From positions 43,154,001-43,218,000 of the forward strand of contig CM052817.1 of NCBI GenBank assembly GCA_028534125.1: a stretch of 64,000 nucleotides of DNA, written 5' to 3'. Numbering within the stretch: position 1 is the first letter of the stretch; every line of letters starts with the position of its first letter. Position numbers and translations under genes: made by a program. Under the pieces are notes generated by a model that had not been told where the DNA came from, did not search any database, and saw only the letters and a list, made by a program, of their open reading frames with translations. This stretch comes from Lama glama (lineage: Eukaryota). This document shows, one piece after another, positions 52,010-64,000 of the stretch.

Positions 52010-52295
52010 TTTTATCTGAAGAAAAAGTAGGTGTTATTTGTTCCATTTTAGAGATAAGGAAATTGAGGTTCAGAGAAGTAATTTGTCCAGGATCATCCTG
52101 CCAGTCAGCAGCATAGCAGAGATTCAAACCCAAGTCCACTGAATGCCAAAGCTCATGCTTTTTCTTAGGCATGATGCTTCTGTGGTTGTCATCGTTAGCT
52201 ATATCCTTTTTAAAAAAGTTTTTTTTAATGGAAGTATAGTCGGTTTTTAATGTTGTGTTAGCCTCTCGTGCACAGCATAGTGATTCAGCTATATT
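52010..52295 (-). mobile_element. MIR followed by a short L1 3' end (~52215-52292)
   Basis: ccattttagagataaggaaattgaggttcagagaagt; ggaagtatagtcggtttttaatgttgtgttag...cagcatagtgattcag. Confidence 0.7.
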
Positions 52296-53153
52296 ATTTT
52301 TAAACAGCTCCCCACTTGTCTTTCCTTTTATGTCTTATGTAGAGAGATATACATTTTCAGAATAAATTTATACCCCTGCCTAAATTAGTGTTGTTTCCTA
52401 AGGTTTTAATTTAGTTATTTGCCACTGCCAACCAGCCCGTCCACCATGGAGCAATTCTCAGACGCAAGGCTCTGTAACTGCCGAGGGGAAAGGGAAGGAA
52501 ACAGAGAGACGCAGGGACAGAGCCCTGGTTCCACTCCGGAAATGACCCCCAGAGGAGTCGGGGCTGTGCCAGAAAGAGCAGGGAGATAAAAGAGCTAGGA
52601 CTCCAAGCCGGGGACAGAGGGGAACTGTGGAAACAGATGATCCTGCCCTCTTTGGCCTTTCTGCCTCCCTCCTCTCATCCTGATCGACTTCCCACACTCC
52701 ACACAGAAGGGACTCAAAGTGTCAAGAGGGACAAAGTCTGTGCCACACGGTGGGACACCCTCACCAGGAAGGATGTACGGCAGTGCTGTGAACACGACCA
52801 CAGTCCACAGTTTCACACATGTCATGTGCTCTGGTGGAATGTGGATTTTTTCACGCCCCTCCCTCCAGCATCGTCAGGGGTGGGGTGGGGGAGAGAAAAC
52901 AAAAGTGGATGGGGGTTGGAGTGGGAATGTGGTAAGTTAGAGCCAAAAGTTACAAAGGCAACTCCAGGCTTAAAAATGATGGTGCCTATGAGGCCTTCCA
53001 TTACGTGATGGCAGACTTCTAATACCGTATTAACTTTGTTTTTGATGTAGACCAGTCCTCTTCTGCATTTCCAAAGGAGAAAATAGTGTCCTATATCTTG
53101 AACTCCACAACATTTATCTCCCCCAATTTTACTTTTTAAAAAAGTCAAAGCCA

Positions 53154-53240
53154 TGTATGACTGAAAAATTGTGCTGAACACTGGAATTTGACACAACATT
53201 GTAAAATGATTATGAATCAATAAAAAAATGTTAAAAAAAA
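53154..53240 (+). mobile_element. Very short young L1 3' end with TSD, inside an older minus-strand L1M fragment (~53115-53700)
   Basis: Nearly identical to the reverse complement of ~30110-30192; TCAAAGCCA at 53145-53153 and 53241-53249. Confidence 0.85.
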
Positions 53241-53839
53241 TCAAAGCCACAGGAAAGTTGAAAGAGCAGTACTGAAATTTCTATACCTAGATTTAACAAT
53301 TGTTAAGATTTTTGCCTTATTCTCTGTTTTTGTTGAACCATTTTCACAACACTCTAATTCCTAAATATCTCTAAGAACAAAGACATTCTCTACATATCTG
53401 CAACATCATTGTCACATCTAAGATGTGTAATAATTATTTAATATCATCTAATATGTAGATCATATTCAAATTTCCCCCAAATGCCCAATATTCATTATAG
53501 TTGTTTTTCCTAATTTGATCCAGAATCCAATCAAGCTTCATGCATTATATTTGGTTGTAGAGTCTCAATTAAAAAAAAATGCAGACTAAAACAGTCTCCC
53601 CACTTTCCCCCTTATTTCTCATTACATTTTCAGTATCAAGGGCATTTTCTTGTAAAATGTATCACAATCTAGCTTTTACTATTTTTTTCTTCCTAATTTG
53701 TTTCAGATTTATATTTATTTAAAACCACAAACATTTAACATGATTTTGGGGGAGAAGATAGCTACCATGGTTTAAAATTCTTGAAGTTAAACCTTGCATT
53801 ATACATCTTTAACGAGACTGAGTGAGGTTATCTAGAACT

Positions 53840-54068
53840 AATGAGGGCAGACTACTGCTTCTCACGGGCCAAACCTGGCTTGCCTGATTTTGTAAATAAT
53901 GTTTCGTGGGAACTCAGTTGTGCCTATTCATTCATGTATTTCCTATGGCTAGTTGGCTGTTTTCCTGCTAAGAGAAGAGTTGAGTAGGTATAACAGAGAT
54001 TATGTGGCCTGCAAAGCATAAAATGTTTACTGTCTGGCCCTTTACAGAATAAATTTGCTGATCCCTGG
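53840..54068. mobile_element. MER58A element
   Basis: gggccaaacctggct...ttttgtaaataa...aaaatgtttactgtctggccctttacagaataaatttgctgatccctg. Confidence 0.85.
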
Positions 54069-54499
54069 TCTAGAACAAGGAATACAAATATTACTTTCTC
54101 CTTTGACTTATACTCAAGGCATGGTTAAAATACTATCAAACAGATCACACAAATCCCCTTCATGATTTTAACAGTCAGGAAGTGGAAAGGACTGAATTTA
54201 TCAAGATCATTCATCTGGATTTAAAAAAACTTTTCCCTTTAAACACTCCTTTAACAACCTACATTGCCCACTTGGCTTTAATCCAAACTCTTCAGCATGA
54301 AATTCAAGGAACAGCTCTTCATAACCTGGATCTAGGCACCATTACCTGTGTCTTATTGGTTTCCCTACATTCTAGTTCAGTTATTCTCAAATGTAAGGGT
54401 GTAAAAAAGATCACCACCACTCTAGGGGCATGTTTAAAGTACAGATTATCAAGTCCTACCTCCAAAGGTTTGAATTTTAATTTAAAAGTTCTGGGGTGA

Positions 54500-55334
54500 C
54501 TCCTGCACTATTGATGGGAATATAGTTTGGTCGAGCCATTAAGGAAAACAGTATGAAGAGTCCTTTAAAAACTAAAAATAGACTTACCATGTGATCCAGC
54601 AGTCCCAATCCTGGGTATATATCCAGAGAGAACTTTAATTCAAAAATATATATGCACTCCAATGTTCATAGCAACACTATTTACAATAGTCAAGACATGG
54701 AAACAACCTAAATGTCCATCAACAGATGACTGGATAAAGAAGTTGTGGTATATTCATACAATGGAAAACTATTTAGTCATAAAAAAGCATATGAAAATGA
54801 ATATATGTATGTATATGTATGATTGAACTATTATGCTGTACATCAGAAATTGACACAACATTGTAAACTGTAATACAACATTGTAATACTTCAATAAAAA
54901 AAAATAATGCCATTTGCAGCAACATGGATGGAACTGGAGATTGTCATTCTAAGTGAGAAAGATAAAGAAAAATACCATACAATATCTCTTGTATGTGGAA
55001 TCTAAAATAAAAAAAGACACAAATAAATTTATCTACAAAACAAAAATAGACTCACAGACATAGAACACAAACTTATAGTTACCGGGGGGAAAGGGAGTGG
55101 GAAGGGATACACTGGGAGTTCAAGATTTGCAATTACTAACTACTATATATATAATAGATAAACAAGTTTATACTGTATAGCACAGGGAACTATATTCAAT
55201 ATCTTATAGTAACCTAAAATGAAAAAGAATATGAAAAGGAATATATGTACATATGTGTATGACTAAAACATGCTGTACACCAGAAACTGATGCAACATTA
55301 TAAACTTACTATACTTCAATGGAAAAAGAAAAAG
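54500..55334 (+). mobile_element. 5'-truncated L1 (ORF2 end + 3' UTR) with 14-bp TSD, inserted in a MER5 element (~54380-55435)
   Basis: atgttcatagcaacactatttacaatagtcaagacatggaaacaacctaaatgtccatcaacagatg; TSD AAGTTCTGGGGTGA at 54486-54499 and 55335-55348. Confidence 0.9.
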
Positions 55335-55929
55335 AAGTTCTGGGGTGAGAGGCAGTAAGTAGCTTGCCATTTTCATAAGCACTCCAGGTCAATCTGGTGC
55401 AGGTGGTCTGAAAACCACATATTGGAAATCAGTGCTTTATCGAGAACAAAGTATTTGCATTTGACCCCTCCATGCCTTCTGTGCTCCTTCCAGAAACTTT
55501 GCTTGGTGAACGCTTCCTTCCTCTTCATTCAAGGGTCTAGGCAATTGTTCCCTGGTGAAATCGCTTTAATGTTCTTCCTACTGGGCTCCTTCATAGTACA
55601 TTCACTCTAGCCTGATCTCATGGAAATGAACACAAATCTACTACTATTTCTCTTATTACATTGTTTTGCAACCTCATGGAGTTCCTTGAGGGCAAGAAGA
55701 ATCTCAGCCATGTTTGCACCCAAGGCACAGTGCCTTGCACATAATTAACTTGGGATGAATATTGAAGTGTATGCATGAATGAATAAAATGGTTATTTGAA
55801 AAAGACTTTATTTGAAGCTATTGATATAAACTTAATTACATTGTACTTGTTGATAACTTAGTAAGATAGGCTCTCTCCTTTATGTGTCATATAAAATATA
55901 TCTATTACCTAATTCCTGAAAAGGATTGA

Positions 55930-57090
55930 GTGTTAGAAGACACCATTAAGAGAGTGAAAAGAGAAGCCAATTACATGTATTTGACAGAGGATTCCTAACA
56001 AAGTATTAAGGGCTCCTATAATGTAATGAGAAAAAGGCAATCCACCTAATTAAAAAACATAAGGAAAAGATTTTAAAAGGCACTTCACAAAAGTGGATAT
56101 GCAAATGGCTAACAAGGATATTAAAAGCCACTTGACATTCTTAGTTATCAGGGAAATGCAAATTAAAACCACAATGAGATACCACTATACGCCTACTAGA
56201 ATGACAAAGAGTTGGCAAGGATGTGGAGCAACTGGAACTCCACGCATTGCTAGTGGGAGTATAAACTGGCATAACCATTTTAGAAAACAGTTTGGCAATA
56301 TCTATGAACTCTAAATATACATCTACTCTATGAATTAGCCATCCCACTGTTAGCTATACACCCAAGAGAAGTACAGGAATTTGCTCTTTAAAAGATACAA
56401 CAAAGAAAAATAAAGACCATATTTCCAAATCCCATCACATCTTGAGATACTGGGAGTTAGGACTTCAAGTATGAATTTGGGGAGGGGGGAGATACAATAT
56501 AACCTATAATATTAATAGAGTGTAAATACAGAGAAAGAATGACACTATGTAATGGCTTAAATATGTTTAAGTGAATATTAAAAATAGCATTATAAAAATA
56601 TATATATAACAAAGAATATTCATAGCAGTTTAATTAATAATAATTAAAACCTGGACACAGCCTAAAAGTCCATCAACAAGACAATAAATAAATAATTCTA
56701 GAATATTCATATAATAGAATACTATACAGCAATAAACAAGAATGAATTGCTAATGCACACAACAGCATGGATGACTTCCTCAGATATAATGTTGAGTAAA
56801 AAAAGCCAAAAATGGGTACATACTGTATGATTCTATTTATGTGAAGTTCAAGAACAGGTAAAACTGATCTATGATGATACGAGAATAATGGTTACCTTTT
56901 GGGTAGATATTGACTAGAAAGGGGCTCAAAGGAACCCATTTTGGGGGACACTGGAAATTTTTTCTATTTAATCAAGTGATGATTTCCTGGTGGTTACATA
57001 CATAAAAATTCATCAAGCTATACATTTAAGATTGGTATACTTAATGTACTTTATTATACGTGTGTTAAGTTTCAATTAAAAAGTGAAGAA
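55930..57090 (+). mobile_element. Old L1M 3' region interrupted by an MLT1 fragment (~56405-56510)
   Basis: atcagggaaatgcaaattaaaaccacaatgagataccact...tactgtatgattctatttatgtgaagttc; MLT1 end gttaggacttcaagtatgaatttgggg. Confidence 0.8.
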
Positions 57091-57569
57091 AACGAATCTG
57101 AGACAGCGTACATGACATGTCTACATTATGGCTGCAGAGCTATGAGTGACACAACCACAAGCCTTTAATGTTTACTTACATCTACCACTCTTCCCCAGCC
57201 AGTGCCAGTTCCTCAGCTGTAAATAGGGATTAAATAGTGCTTTTCCCATCCAGTTGCTGTAAGTATTAAATAAATGAACACACAGCAAAGAACTCAGAGC
57301 AGGACATAGTGATGAGTAAGAATTAGTTATTATTATTGACATACCTGTGCTAATATTTACATAGTACTCTAAAACATACCTGGCTGGTAGTTATATTTTT
57401 AAATCATCTTCAATCTAATGGCCATCAACATTTTTTTAACACAATGTTCTCCTACAACCTGATTTTCTTAAAAAGATATGTACATTAGAAATGTCAAATG
57501 GAAAAAAAGAGAGTAAAAAAGTACCCATAATCCATCAATGTCTTATTTTACAAAACTACAGTTTTAAAA

Positions 57570-57765
57570 ATATCAAGTAGAAACAACTGTGTAGCACAGG
57601 GAACTATATTCAGTTCCTTGTAATGAGCTGTAACAGAAAAGAATCTGAGGAAATATACATATGTATGTATATGGATAACTGAATCACTTTGCTATACACA
57701 TGAAACTAACATTGTAAACACACTGTACTTCAATAAAAAATAAGAATAAAAAAAGGAAAAATCGA
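57570..57765 (+). mobile_element. L1 3' end
   Basis: tgtagcacagggaactatattcag...actgaatcactttgctatacacatgaaactaacattgtaaa plus A-tail. Confidence 0.8.
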
Positions 57766-58737
57766 CCAAAAAAGCAAGGAAACAAAAATTTCACCACTTT
57801 TTTAGACTTCATAAAATGGTGAAGTGTCCCTCTTCCCCTTTACTCTTTAGAGGTAGCCACCATTATCAGATCAACCTGCGTCTGAATTTTGTTTTCAGGG
57901 CAGAAGGATTCTCCTGTGTGGAGATACTGTTGGTCTGAGTATGACTAACAGCTGGCTATCAGTACACACAAGGCAAGGACAAGTCGTGCGGGTCACTGAT
58001 GGGGAAGGTGATTTGGAATGCATTCTCTTCTCAGTGGAGTCACAAGTTGCTCCTTTGTCCTTTGCCTAAACCAGCCTCTTCAGCATCACTCCTGCCTGCC
58101 GGCACAAAGACATTTGGTAAAATAAGTACTAGGCGTGCACAACCACAGACTCACAGCTGAGGCTTTGTCTTTTCTCAAGTAAACATAATCCCAACAATGA
58201 GACACTGTCTGAGGGGACCAGGGGGCGGTAGGAGGGGTGGTTAGTCAAATTCTCTTTTCTGACTAGTTAATAGATTTATAAAGCTTTTCCGCCTACTAAT
58301 TCTGCTTTCCTCTTTTCTTGAATAGCTCCCAAGTGACATTGGATGCCCCCGCTAACATGACTTTCCAGGAGGGTCTGATGAACCCCTGGGACAAGTGAAG
58401 TTGCCCAAGGCCTTTTTCTGCAGCTGGGATGGGGAGGGTTGGAGGGTCTTTGGAGTCTACGGGCCCTTTTACCCAGAATCAGGGGCTCAGTTTTTCTCCC
58501 TTAGAATTATTTGATGCTTCTATTCTAAAGCTCACAAATATTTTACAATGCTTCTAGGCCACTTAGATTGGATTTGGGGTAAGTTTAGGATCTCATATAT
58601 CTTTTTGTCTTGAGATATTCAATAAAATGTTTTTTTAGTTTTTTATCTTCCCCCATCCCCATCCTTACTCACTGCATCTCTGTTCTAAAACTGGTACTAG
58701 CATTCTGCCTTTCCCTTTTTCCAACCCCTTTGTTGGT

Positions 58738-59030
58738 TTCATTCACTTAATCCATTTAACATGTATTTTGTTGAGTACTTGTTATTGCTCTAGGCTTATG
58801 GGTACAGCAGTGAAAAAGCCCAGGTACCAGGCATCATGGGACTTACACTGTAACTGAAACAGAAGATAAACAAATATATATTCATAGAGCATAAAATAAT
58901 GTCAAGTAGTAATAATAAGCATCATAGGAAAAATTATAGCAGTGTAAATGGATGGAAGATGATGTGTTTGGGTCAGAGTACTTTAGGTAATTGGTCAGGT
59001 AAGGCCTCTCTAATTAGGTTATGGTCCTCA
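58738..59030 (-). mobile_element. L2 fragment
   Basis: ttcattcacttaatccatttaac...ttgagtac...gggtacagcagtgaa. Confidence 0.65.
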
Positions 59031-60459
59031 TGCTGCCTTTGCTTTCTTCTCAAGTCTTTCAAGGTGCTGGTGACCCGTTTCTGTGCCTCTCCTTCTACAT
59101 CACCCTTCTTAGACCTGAGGTCAACACATCCTTCCCTCAGCCCTTTCCACGCTGGACATTTTTTTCTCTCCTTGCCCTCTTTCTGGACTTCTCCTCCCCA
59201 GTGGTCTCACATTCTCCCCCTGATCACTTCCAGGAGTTTCCTGAAACAGCATAGCTCTGTCACAAAGAATTTGCATGTGAGTGCTTAACACATACTTTTA
59301 AGTGATTTTTACTATCATTCATCTATCTTGAAATTGCTATTTGAGAAATAATTCTAGTATAAACCAGAGGTTTTCAAACTTTTCATTTGATGAACTTCTG
59401 TTCATAGGGGATAAAAAGCTTTGAGAGCGTTACCTTTCCCAGCTCATTCTGCTCAGCCCTGCAAATACTGCTTACACTAATAAATACATCAGTTCAGTAG
59501 AGCTTTGCCATAATAAACAGCTATTGTGGTAGGTATTAAATGCCCATTTTATGCTGAGTAACATACATTGAAATCTGGAGTGGAGATGACTCCTTAAAAA
59601 AAAACCCACACTCATTTTTGGTGTGACTCACATTTTGAATGAAGTCCAGCCCACCTGTTGTTTATTCCCTACCATTTGGAACTCTACCTTCATTTCTGGG
59701 TTTCCTCCAGAGGACATGGAACAGGGGTTTGCACATGGTCTTCCATTTAATAAATAAATGGAGCAAATGGAGTGGATCCTGTGAGTTTCATCAAACAGCA
59801 CACAGAGGCTGAATTTCTTTCCTGGCCAAGCCCTTGGGACCACATAATACCTATGACAAATATTAATGCTTAGCCTCCTGCCTGGGCCATGATTACTACT
59901 GAATGTATCAATGAACAGAAAAGGAAAGGCCGTGTCTAGTAATTAAACCTTCACAAGCTCTTCAGAAAAATTTGATTCTGTCTCATCTACCATTTGGAAA
60001 CTGTCTGCGTCAGCTTTTTAGGTGCTTTTATTATCATAGTGAGAAATAGTTTTTATTAGAATAGCAAACACGAAACTATTATCAACAGAGACGTGCTGGC
60101 CGACAAAAAGAGTACTTTGCACTCTAATTAAGAACAATTACATCAGACTGATTGAACTTTGGATCCACATCTTTGCCTTTGTTTCATCTTGTAATGCTGA
60201 ACAAGGAACCAGAGAGAAAGGGTCGGGCAAAGTAGCTACCTGAGGACCGAATTAATGGATTGAGTCTCCCAGCTGCTTCAGGGACTACTTCGTTTAAACC
60301 AAAAGAATGGCACCGCCGCGGCGGTCAGGAATCTAGTTGTCAGCTTTGCAGGCTCTGTGATGGATTATCTTCTGTCAGTTTGCCAAGGAATGAGCCGTCA
60401 GGCTCTGTCTCCATCTCAGCCTCTCCCTGCCTCCCAGCTTCAGGCTTTGCGCTACCCTG

Positions 60460-60760
60460 ACTCTGTGACCCATCTGAGCAGCAAGCGCGTCACCTGCTCC
60501 CTTGTTAGAAATACAGGATTGCTGAATCAGAATCTGAACTTTAGCAAGATCGCTTGTGAGCATGTTAAAGTTTCACAAGCACTAACCTAAGGAGCTCTAG
60601 CCCAGCACTGAACAACATGGTGATCAGATTTTCACGAGCCTCAGAATCACTGACAGAACCATTTATATAAACATGAAAGTTCCCGGTGTACACCCCGGAG
60701 ATTTGACTCAGGGAGTCTGGGAAAGGACTTGGAATCTCCCTTTTCTTGGGCATGGGCTGC
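60460..60760. mobile_element. Two MER5-like fragments
   Basis: cttgttagaaatacag...ctgaatcagaatctgaactttagcaagatc; cagaatcactg...gatttgactcagggagtctggg. Confidence 0.6.
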
Positions 60761-61559
60761 TGGTCTGGTTCTGAGCTCAGGCTTAATCCTGCCAGTTGGA
60801 CTTCTAAATAGTCTAGTGTCTTTATGACAGTTTCATGAACTGGTGTCCTGTGTCTTGGTCTTTGCTTTAAAAACTATGTCAACGGTATCTTCAGAGTTTC
60901 TACGCAGGAAGATCTTAGTACAGCAATCTGATTTGAAGAAGGAGGCTTGAAACTATTTTTGCTTGACACTGTAAGAATGAAGAAGCATCAGTTGCCTCTA
61001 TCAAGAAACCAGAGATGCAATTAATTATTGGGAGACACCATTACTATTTATTCCTGTGAGTCTCCCCATTGGGCCCAGAGACCTTCTCCTGAACTCCAGA
61101 CTTGTAGTTAGGGCCCTTTAATCACAAGCGTCAGAACCAGCCTCTGCCTAACTCAACGTGGGGATTTATTAGAAAGATGTCAGATGGCTCACAGAACCAC
61201 AAGGCGCCTGTAGAACAAGGTTCATAAATAGGTAGGAAGCAGGGCAGATTTGGGGGTCTGGGCAGCAAGCAAGAGCTTCTCAATATAGTTTTGTTTCAAA
61301 GCAAGCCCTGGAATGAATGCGTTCCAACTATTTCCAATGTTTTTTCTACTTTTCTGAAGATTCAGACCCCAGGACAGAAACAATTGGCCTGACTTGGTAA
61401 GGGGAGGGCTGGCCACCTTGAGTAACAGTCCTAACAGGCTTTATCCAAAAGGAGGGGCAACTCTCCAGTGAAAATGGGGGTGCTAGAATAGAGGCCTGGC
61501 AGGCAGGAGAGAAACTGATGTCCTCCTACCTGACAGCATGCTTCTGTGGCTCCTTGGAT

Positions 61560-61912
61560 TTCACTAGAAGTAAATTCCATGAGACCAGAAATTTTTCTGT
61601 TTTGGTCTCCATTGTATCCTGTCTGCATAGAGCACAGTAGGTTCTGCATAAGTATTTGTTGAATGAGTGAATGAGTGAATGAGTCAATGACCAGACCGGC
61701 TAGGTGACAAGATGGTTAACATCCAGCCTCTGGAGTCAGGCTGCCTGGGTGCAAAGCCCAGCCCTCTTGCCCACTGGTTGTGTTAACCTTGGGTAGATAC
61801 TTAATTTCTTTGTTTTTAGGTGCTTAAGTTTCCTCATCATGAAAGTGGCATTGATAGTAACAAGTCCCACTTCATAGGGTTGTCATCAGACATGCGCTTA
61901 GAATAGTGCCTA
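61560..61912 (+). mobile_element. L2 3' end followed by MIR
   Basis: ataagtatttgttgaatgagtgaatgagtgaatga; ctctggagtcaggctgcctgggtgcaaagcccagc...tttcctcatcatgaaagtgg. Confidence 0.8.
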
Positions 61913-61914
61913 TT

Positions 61915-62690
61915 ATGTTGGCCGTTTCATCTATCTATTGCTATGTAACAAACTCTCCCCAAACTCAGTGACTTAAATCGACATTTTGTTTATGTGCTCA
62001 TGATTCCATAATTTGGGCAGGGCTTGGGGGGGGACCATTCGTCTCTGTTCCCTGTGATGTCTGCTGGTGCTGAAACATCCGTGATAGCATCTTGGCTCCT
62101 GTGTCCAGCATCTCAGTAAACATGCCTCAAGGTGATGGGGAGCTGGCTGGAAGAGCTTGCCTGGGATCATGTATCTGGGACCTTGGTTCTTGCTGTCAGC
62201 TGGGTCCTTTTCTCTGTGTATACTTAGGCCTGCTAGCTCTCCACGTGTCCTCTCATGTGGTCTCTCCACAGAGTCTCTGAGCTGCCTGTTTAAGAAAGCT
62301 GGGTACCCTGCTTCCAAGAGTGAAAGTGTCTAGGTCCTTCAAGAGTAAATTCTTAAGGCTTAGGTTGTATTCTATTGGTTTCCCCATCTCAGCACCATTG
62401 ACATTTGGGGCCAGAGAATTCTTTGTCGTGGAGTACTCTACTGTGCGTTGCTGGATGTTTAACACCTCCCTGGCCTCTACCCACTCAATGCACCTCCACT
62501 TCCCTTAACTTATGACAAACAAAATTGCCTCCAAGCACTGTCAGATGTCCCCTGGGGAACAAAATCTCCCCTGGTTGAGAACTATTTGGTGAAAGCAAGT
62601 CACAGGACCAGCCTTTGCTCAAGGGACGAGGCTGAGGAGGGCATGAATACCAGGAGACTGGATCCACTGAGAGCCTCCAGTATAACCAAC
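61915..62690 (-). mobile_element. MLT1 solo LTR interrupted by MER20 (~62372-62587)
   Basis: tctattgctatgtaacaaactctccccaaactcagtgacttaaa; MER20 ctcagcaccattgacatttggggccag...cagatgtcccctgggg...ctggttgagaac; MLT1 resumes at aaagcaagtcacagg. Confidence 0.8.
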
Positions 62691-63379
62691 TCTTATCACT
62701 ATTACTATCTCTGAACATTGCTTGCTGCAGGAATCCCTGTTCTTGAATTCTGCCCACATGCTGGGCCATCTCTCCTTCTTTCTAATGGGCTGCTCATTCT
62801 AACTGCTTGTCTGAACGTCCCCTCTCGTCCTTGGCAGTGCTCTGCATTCTCCACATCTCGTCACTGCTTTGGCTCCTCTCCTGCACCATCCTAGTGGCAA
62901 GTTGTTTGAATTCTCTTCTCTCTTTCCCATCCTCTGTGGTTAACTGAGTTATCTCCAGTGCTCACACAGTAGCCCATGACCAGGCTCTGGGATAAGTAGG
63001 GCTGACCCTATGGCCTCTAAATATATACGCACATGTGTCCAACCCGGACTCATTAACAATTGCTACACTGTCTCCCTGAAAGGCACTTACTTGCCTGATC
63101 CACCAACCAACTCTTATTTTGGGGGGCAAGATTCATCTTAGGAGCTATCTCCTCTAGGAAACCTTCCTGGAAAGCCCAGTCTCTAGTCTGGTTTAGCAGT
63201 GACTTAAGGAGAAAGCTCATGTCATATTCATCTTTATGTTCCGAGCATAGTGTCTATTGCATGGAATATATTTCTTAGATCAATAAATGAATAATTTAAA
63301 AGCCAAATGAAAGCACTGAAAATTTGAGGAGAAACTGAGAAAGTGTGGGAGTGAATCATATTATTATTGAGGGGAATAA

Positions 63380-63995
63380 CCTTCTGGACAGGAGAAGCAG
63401 CAAGTTCATGGTCGGGAAGGCTGCAGTGGCCATGGTGTTTGAGGAAGAGCAGGGGCCAATGGGCGGGGGCCAAGTAAGGGAGGAAGACAGTGGCGGGAGA
63501 TAAGGTCAGACAGGAAACAGAACAAGATCATTTGGCTTTGCAGGTCAAGGTTAGGACTCTGGATCTGATTCCTAAGGAGATGAGAAGCAGAAGAGTGACT
63601 AACACTGACCTATATTTTTTGAGGGTTATTCTGGCTCCTGTGTTGAGAGGGGTCAGGGCCAGGGAGGAAGCAATGAGATGAGTTAGGAAGCTGTTGCAAT
63701 CATCTGGCAAGAGATGATGATGGCCTTTCCTGGTGGCTGGATGTGGATATGAGGGAAGGAGAGGTGTCAGGGATGACTGCATGGTTTGGGATCTGAGCAA
63801 GGAGAATGGACGGCTACTTTCTAAGAGGGGGAGAGTGTCTAGGGATGGAAATTAAGTCTAATTTTGATTTTTGAAGTATGAGATGCTTACTCTACATTCA
63901 ACAGGTTGCTGAGTAGACAGCTGGATATACAAGGGTGGAGTCCAGAGGAGATGTATAAACCAAACACATAAATGTGGAAGTTCTTAGCTCTATTA
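63380..63995 (-). mobile_element. L2 LINE fragment
   Basis: ttaggaagctgttgcaatcatctggcaagagatgatgatggcc...tgagtagacagctggatatacaagggtggagtccagaggag. Confidence 0.8.
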
Positions 63996-64000
63996 CTTAA

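Noticed and set aside
58211..58230. CTCF-like motif GGGACCAGGGGGCGGTA
   Set aside because: Matches the 3' core but lacks the highly conserved CC before the core; not supportable without a PWM scan or ChIP.

Overview
Mammalian (placental) genomic DNA, most likely a camelid: it carries a Vic-1-like tRNA-derived SINE and young L1 3' ends, and I saw no Alu, Bov-A/BovB, PRE or Can-SINE. The only protein-coding sequence I can support is coding exon 1 of BMP2K (BMP2-inducible kinase, NAK family) on the minus strand at 11129-11300, inside a CpG-island promoter (~10940-12350). Positions 1-11128 are BMP2K intron 1, and ~12.4-64 kb is upstream intergenic DNA dominated by interspersed repeats (L1, L2, L3/CR1, MIR, MLT1/LTR16/LTR33/MER34 LTRs, MER5/MER3/MER20/MER58/MER82/Charlie DNA elements) and microsatellites, with one 500-N assembly gap. 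Repeat names come from recall of consensus sequences, not a database search, and most repeat boundaries are approximate. I found no convincing previously undescribed biological system. The best leads are an AUG-UGA start-stop element upstream of the BMP2K start codon, a bidirectional-promoter motif cluster with a possible spliced divergent lncRNA, and several young or nested L1 insertions with intact target-site duplications (TSDs), one of which spans the gap.
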